A stretch of 64,000 bases of DNA from positions 1,798,001 through 1,862,000 of the forward strand of contig NC_087251.1 in the NCBI RefSeq assembly GCF_037042905.1, in the 5' to 3' direction. A model generated the notes under the pieces. That model had not been told where the DNA came from and did no database searches. It saw nothing but the letters and a program-made list of their open reading frames with translations. Position numbers and translations under genes: made by a program. Source of the stretch: Lytechinus pictus. Taxonomy: Eukaryota. This document shows positions 59,862 through 64,000 of this stretch, piece by piece (the stretch's first letter is position 1; each line of letters starts with the position of its first letter).

Positions 59862-62800
59862 CAGGGTTGGCGCGTTTTAAATGGTGTGTTTTAAAACACG
59901 TTTTAAAACACCAGTTTTTTTTACAAAAAAAACGTGTTTTAAAACACCGCATAGACTTGTGTGTTATAAATTTGCATGAATGTGATTTTAGATGAATGTT
60001 GTTTTTTTAATACCGTTTTTTATTAAGTGGTGTATTATTTCCTTCCAACTAAAACTCTTTTTCAACACCACTCCTTTTCTCCTCTTTCTTTCTTTCTTTC
60101 TCCATTGCTTTGTCTTGTTCCTTTTCTCCCTGTTCAATTGTGCACATCAATGATCCAATCCACATTAAGAATATTATCATTTTAACAAACATCTGAGTGT
60201 TGTGCTCACTTTTTGAACAGGGAAAGAAACAATATTTTAAAATGAGCTCAAATACATGTTAACCCTAATTCTCCCGGGGGGGGGGGGGGAATTATGGCCC
60301 CCCCCTCGACAATTTTCGCGATAAATCTGCTGCGCAAAATTTTTTGACCTCGCCGCTCACTGACTTTTTACTTTCAAGTCTCGCGCAAATTTTGAGACCA
60401 AATTTGTGACGCCCGGATACGCGGTTACGACATTACGCAACATTATGTAAGTGCATGTCAGACCCAAAATTGCTCATAAACGTGATTTCATGTACAAATC
60501 CAATGCAAATTGTGTATTTGGCCAAAATTCATAAATGTATCATTATTTCTACTTTTAATGATTAAACTTAATTAATTTTGTCTTGTTTATGATTAGAATT
60601 AAGTCTGGAACGATTTCCATCGAAAAAACAATAAAAAACAAAAAGTAAAAAAACTAAGAAATACATAAGAAATTAAAAAAACAATAAAATACATAAGGAA
60701 TCGGTCTTGGTACCAGAATTTTATTCATTCACAATTGTTAGGAATGCTATAAAGAATATTTTCACCAAAAAATAGCATTCTAGGAGCTTTATTTAGTGAA
60801 TCAGAGCAAAACGTATGATTTCATGAATAAATTAGCATAATTAATTAATATAAAATAAACATATATGAATTCAGTGAAATTTACCAATGCAACTGCGTAG
60901 ATTACGTCATTCTCTACCATCATGCAAATTTTCGTTGTGATCACACAATCCACGGCTGAGATCTTAAGGGGGGGCCATAATGCCCCCCCCCCCCCCCCCC
61001 GGGAATGACAAGAATCAAAATACCCCGGGGAGTACTTGAATGAAATGGAAGTGTTGCACAAGCACAATAATATTTTACAAATAGTCTGTAAACCTGACAT
61101 CATACTCTTGAAGTACACCGTACACACAAAAGCAGTAAAACTTTGTGCTTTGTAAAGATGAAGAAAAGTACTTTAAACAGTGTAAGATAATCAGCTAGCA
61201 ATGGCCCCCTAAAACTTTCTATGATAAATCCATTAACACGACAGGGCCATGACATATCGTTCTAGACTATTTTTGGGATGCATGCATGGGTGTGCAGTTA
61301 TGATATACACCACAAGTGCATATTATCAGATCCCGAATTGCTAAAAAACGTGATTTCATGTATAAACCCAATGTGAGTTCTTGCCAATAGGCTGTAAACC
61401 TGACATCATACTCTTGAGGTACACCGTACACACAAAAGCGGTAAAACTTTGTGCTTTGTAAAGATGAAGAAAAGTACTTTAAACAGTGTAAGATAATCAG
61501 CTAGCAAACCTTAACCCGAACAATTCCAGGGGACCTTAATGGCCCCCTAAAACTTTCTATGATAAATCCATAAACACGACAGGGCCACGACATATCGTTC
61601 TAGACTATTTTTGGAATGCATGCATGGGTGTGCAGTTATGATATACACCACAAGTGCATATTATCAGATCCCGAATCGCTCAAAAACGTGATTTCATGTA
61701 TAAACCCAATGTGAGTTCTTGCCAAAATTTGTATCTGTATCATTGTTTGTACTTATTGTTAATTATTGGAAAATTATTGCCAAAATTTCTATTAGTAATA
61801 AAAAAAAGTTTAAAAAATCTATACATAAGAAATATAAAAAAGTTAAAAAAACATTACCGGTAACCTAAATAGACTGGGCTATTTCATTTCCTAAGAAGAC
61901 TGAAGGCCCCCATCCCCCTTATGATCTGGGCCCTTCGATCGCGAGATCACAACGAAAATTGGCACAAGCATTACCCATGGCATAAACTAAAAATAGGAAA
62001 TAGGGAATATATTTTGACCATAAACAAGGTGAAATTAATTGTTTTAATCGGTAAAAGGAAAAATAATGACACATTTATGAATTTTGGCTAAGAACAGTAT
62101 TTGCATTGGACTTGTACACGAATTGACGTTTTTGAGCAATTTTGGGTCTGCATGCACTTACAAAATGTTGCGTGATTTCGGCACCGCATACCAGGGGGTC
62201 GCGATTTTGGTCTCATAAGTTGCGTTAGACTAAAAAAAGGAAAGTCTGTGAGTGACGCATTAAAAAAAAATTTGCGCAGTGGATTTATCGCGAAAAATTA
62301 CGAGGGGGGGCTGAATCCGCCCCCGTCTCATTACGGTTAAAAAAACATACTATAGGCCTACTAATTTGTTTAAATACTTTTACATTTGATCAGAATTCCT
62401 GAATTAAAAAGATAAGTAGTTCAAGGGCTTTATTTATAGATTTGAATTGAGTTTGTGTTTCATGCACTAAAATTGGTATAATTGATTCAAATGAAATAAA
62501 GCATATTGATTTACCGGTAATGAAATTAAGCTTTGAAACCCCAAGTACGTCAATTTCTTCCATTGTGTGAATTCTTCTCCCCCCCCCCCCCCCCCCCGAT
62601 TGACAAGACTCAATATACCTTGGGACTACATGTATACATGTATTAGGAATAAAGTGTCAACTTACTAAGTGTTCTTTTTTTGTAGGCATTCAATTTCCAT
62701 GATTTAGTAATTTTGGGGGAAATATGAACTTTTCTGTTGCAAATTCATTAACAAAATAGTGGTCATCTCTTATTTAAAACATCAAGAGCTTAAATCATAC

Positions 62801-62955
62801 TGTATTTAGTGTCAGTAGTGTATAGTTTCATTGATTTACAGAAAATTGCATCATTCATTGAAAAAAACGTTTTAAAAACTTTTAAAACGTTTTAAAACAA
62901 TAAAAAACGTTTTATTTGTTTTTTTTTATAAAAAACGTTTTTTATTACAACCCTG
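59862..62955. mobile_element. hAT-like non-autonomous element (3.1 kb) with nested piggyBac-like MITEs
   Basis: CAGGGTTG ... CAACCCTG ends and a perfect 8-bp TSD AACATACC (59854-59861, 62956-62963). Contains TTAA-CCC-type repeats at ~60259-61030 and ~61860-62340, related to 344-651, and a ~300-bp duplication (61086-61386 / 61392-61724). Confidence 0.85.
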
Positions 62956-64000
62956 AACATACCTCAGTTGCATAACCCAAGAAAATGAAAATATGAAAAT
63001 TGCTGCAAACATGTCCAAGTGGATAAAGTAGTGCTTTGCAATAATAATTAAAACACAGAAAAAGGTGTGAATCAATCCGGGCGCAATGGAAAAAATACTA
63101 TTTACAGAAATAATGCTAAAAATGACAACGATCCTATATCGATCCTCGATCACTTATTATTTATGGAAGTTTATATAAGAATATAAGGTTTAAGAAATAA
63201 TATAAAAAATAAATATGTTCAACATTTCAAAGTTAAGGAATATAGAGACTACATTATTGCTTTAACATGACATAGGGGCCGAAAGGGGCCTACCCTGCGA
63301 TTTAAAATGCGCCTCTTTGTATGGACTTTCCATAATCTTTTTCTTTAATGAACTTATCTTCATTTGTAATGATTGTGATGGATGTGTAAGCTATAGGCCT
63401 AATCTGTATCTTAAATTCAATATTAGCTATTTTGTTACTGCAGGTTTTTTGTTTTGTTTCACTTCTCAAGTTTGCCCAAATCCAACAATTAATTTTCATT
63501 GATTAAAATTAATCTCAGCAAAAAACAATAATTATAGAAAATGAAATAAAAATAAATAAATGATTTAGCATGTTTAACATCTTAGTTTTGTATCATCTTT
63601 TTAAAACTTTTTTTTGCTGAACATTATAAACACGTTTTTTACCTTACATAATTTCTATTAAAGAAATTTGTTTTCATGTTGTTTATCTATAATGAGAAAG
63701 CATGAGGGGTCAGAGAGATAGTGCCGCCCATTTCGATATTTCAAGTTTAATTGTTTTAAATGGAAAAAGGGTGGGGATAAGACGGAGGGAGAATAAAAGA
63801 AAACATATTTAAAAAAAATATTTGGGCCTACATTACCCCTGATCATAATATCCTGGAGAAGTTAAAATGACATCCGTTTTTGGTCGTCTTGCCGTGCAAA
63901 AAGACGACCTGAAATTGATGACAACTAGCCCACATGTAAAAATAACTTGGCGCCATCCCACATAAAATGCATCAGAGTGCAACCCCCAATAATGTTTAAA

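Overview
This is AT-rich, intron-containing animal genomic DNA. The repeat families look echinoderm/sea-urchin-like (inference only), and there are two assembly gaps (12901-13079, 39855-40022). Host genes rebuilt from splice sites and frame phases: the last three coding exons of an HHAT-type MBOAT acyltransferase (+, 774-5368); a complete 7-coding-exon, 342-aa galactose mutarotase GALM (-, 18091-9302); a frameshifted nicotinic-type Cys-loop receptor remnant (+, 39319-41072); and four exons of radial spoke head RSPH9 (-, 58023-55304). Much of the rest is mobile DNA. It includes a Penelope-like element in the last HHAT intron whose inverted terminal repeats each carry a variant hammerhead ribozyme, and a second PLE fragment next to a hammerhead and a tRNA-Gly-like cloverleaf. 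There are also two 5'-truncated LINEs, a full-length BEL/Pao LTR element with two nonsense codons, and a DD34E Tc1 element stretched from about 1.6 kb to about 10.9 kb by nested insertions, including an unclassified ~7.2 kb segment. Many MITEs (Kolobok-, hAT-, CACTA-, piggyBac-, Harbinger- and Helentron-like) are present. The most notable observations are the sense-strand hammerhead just upstream of the HHAT terminal exon, the tRNA-like/hammerhead back-to-back unit, the nested Tc1 with its unexplained cargo, and tandem amplification of MITE/flank junctions. All assignments are by eye; no searches were run.
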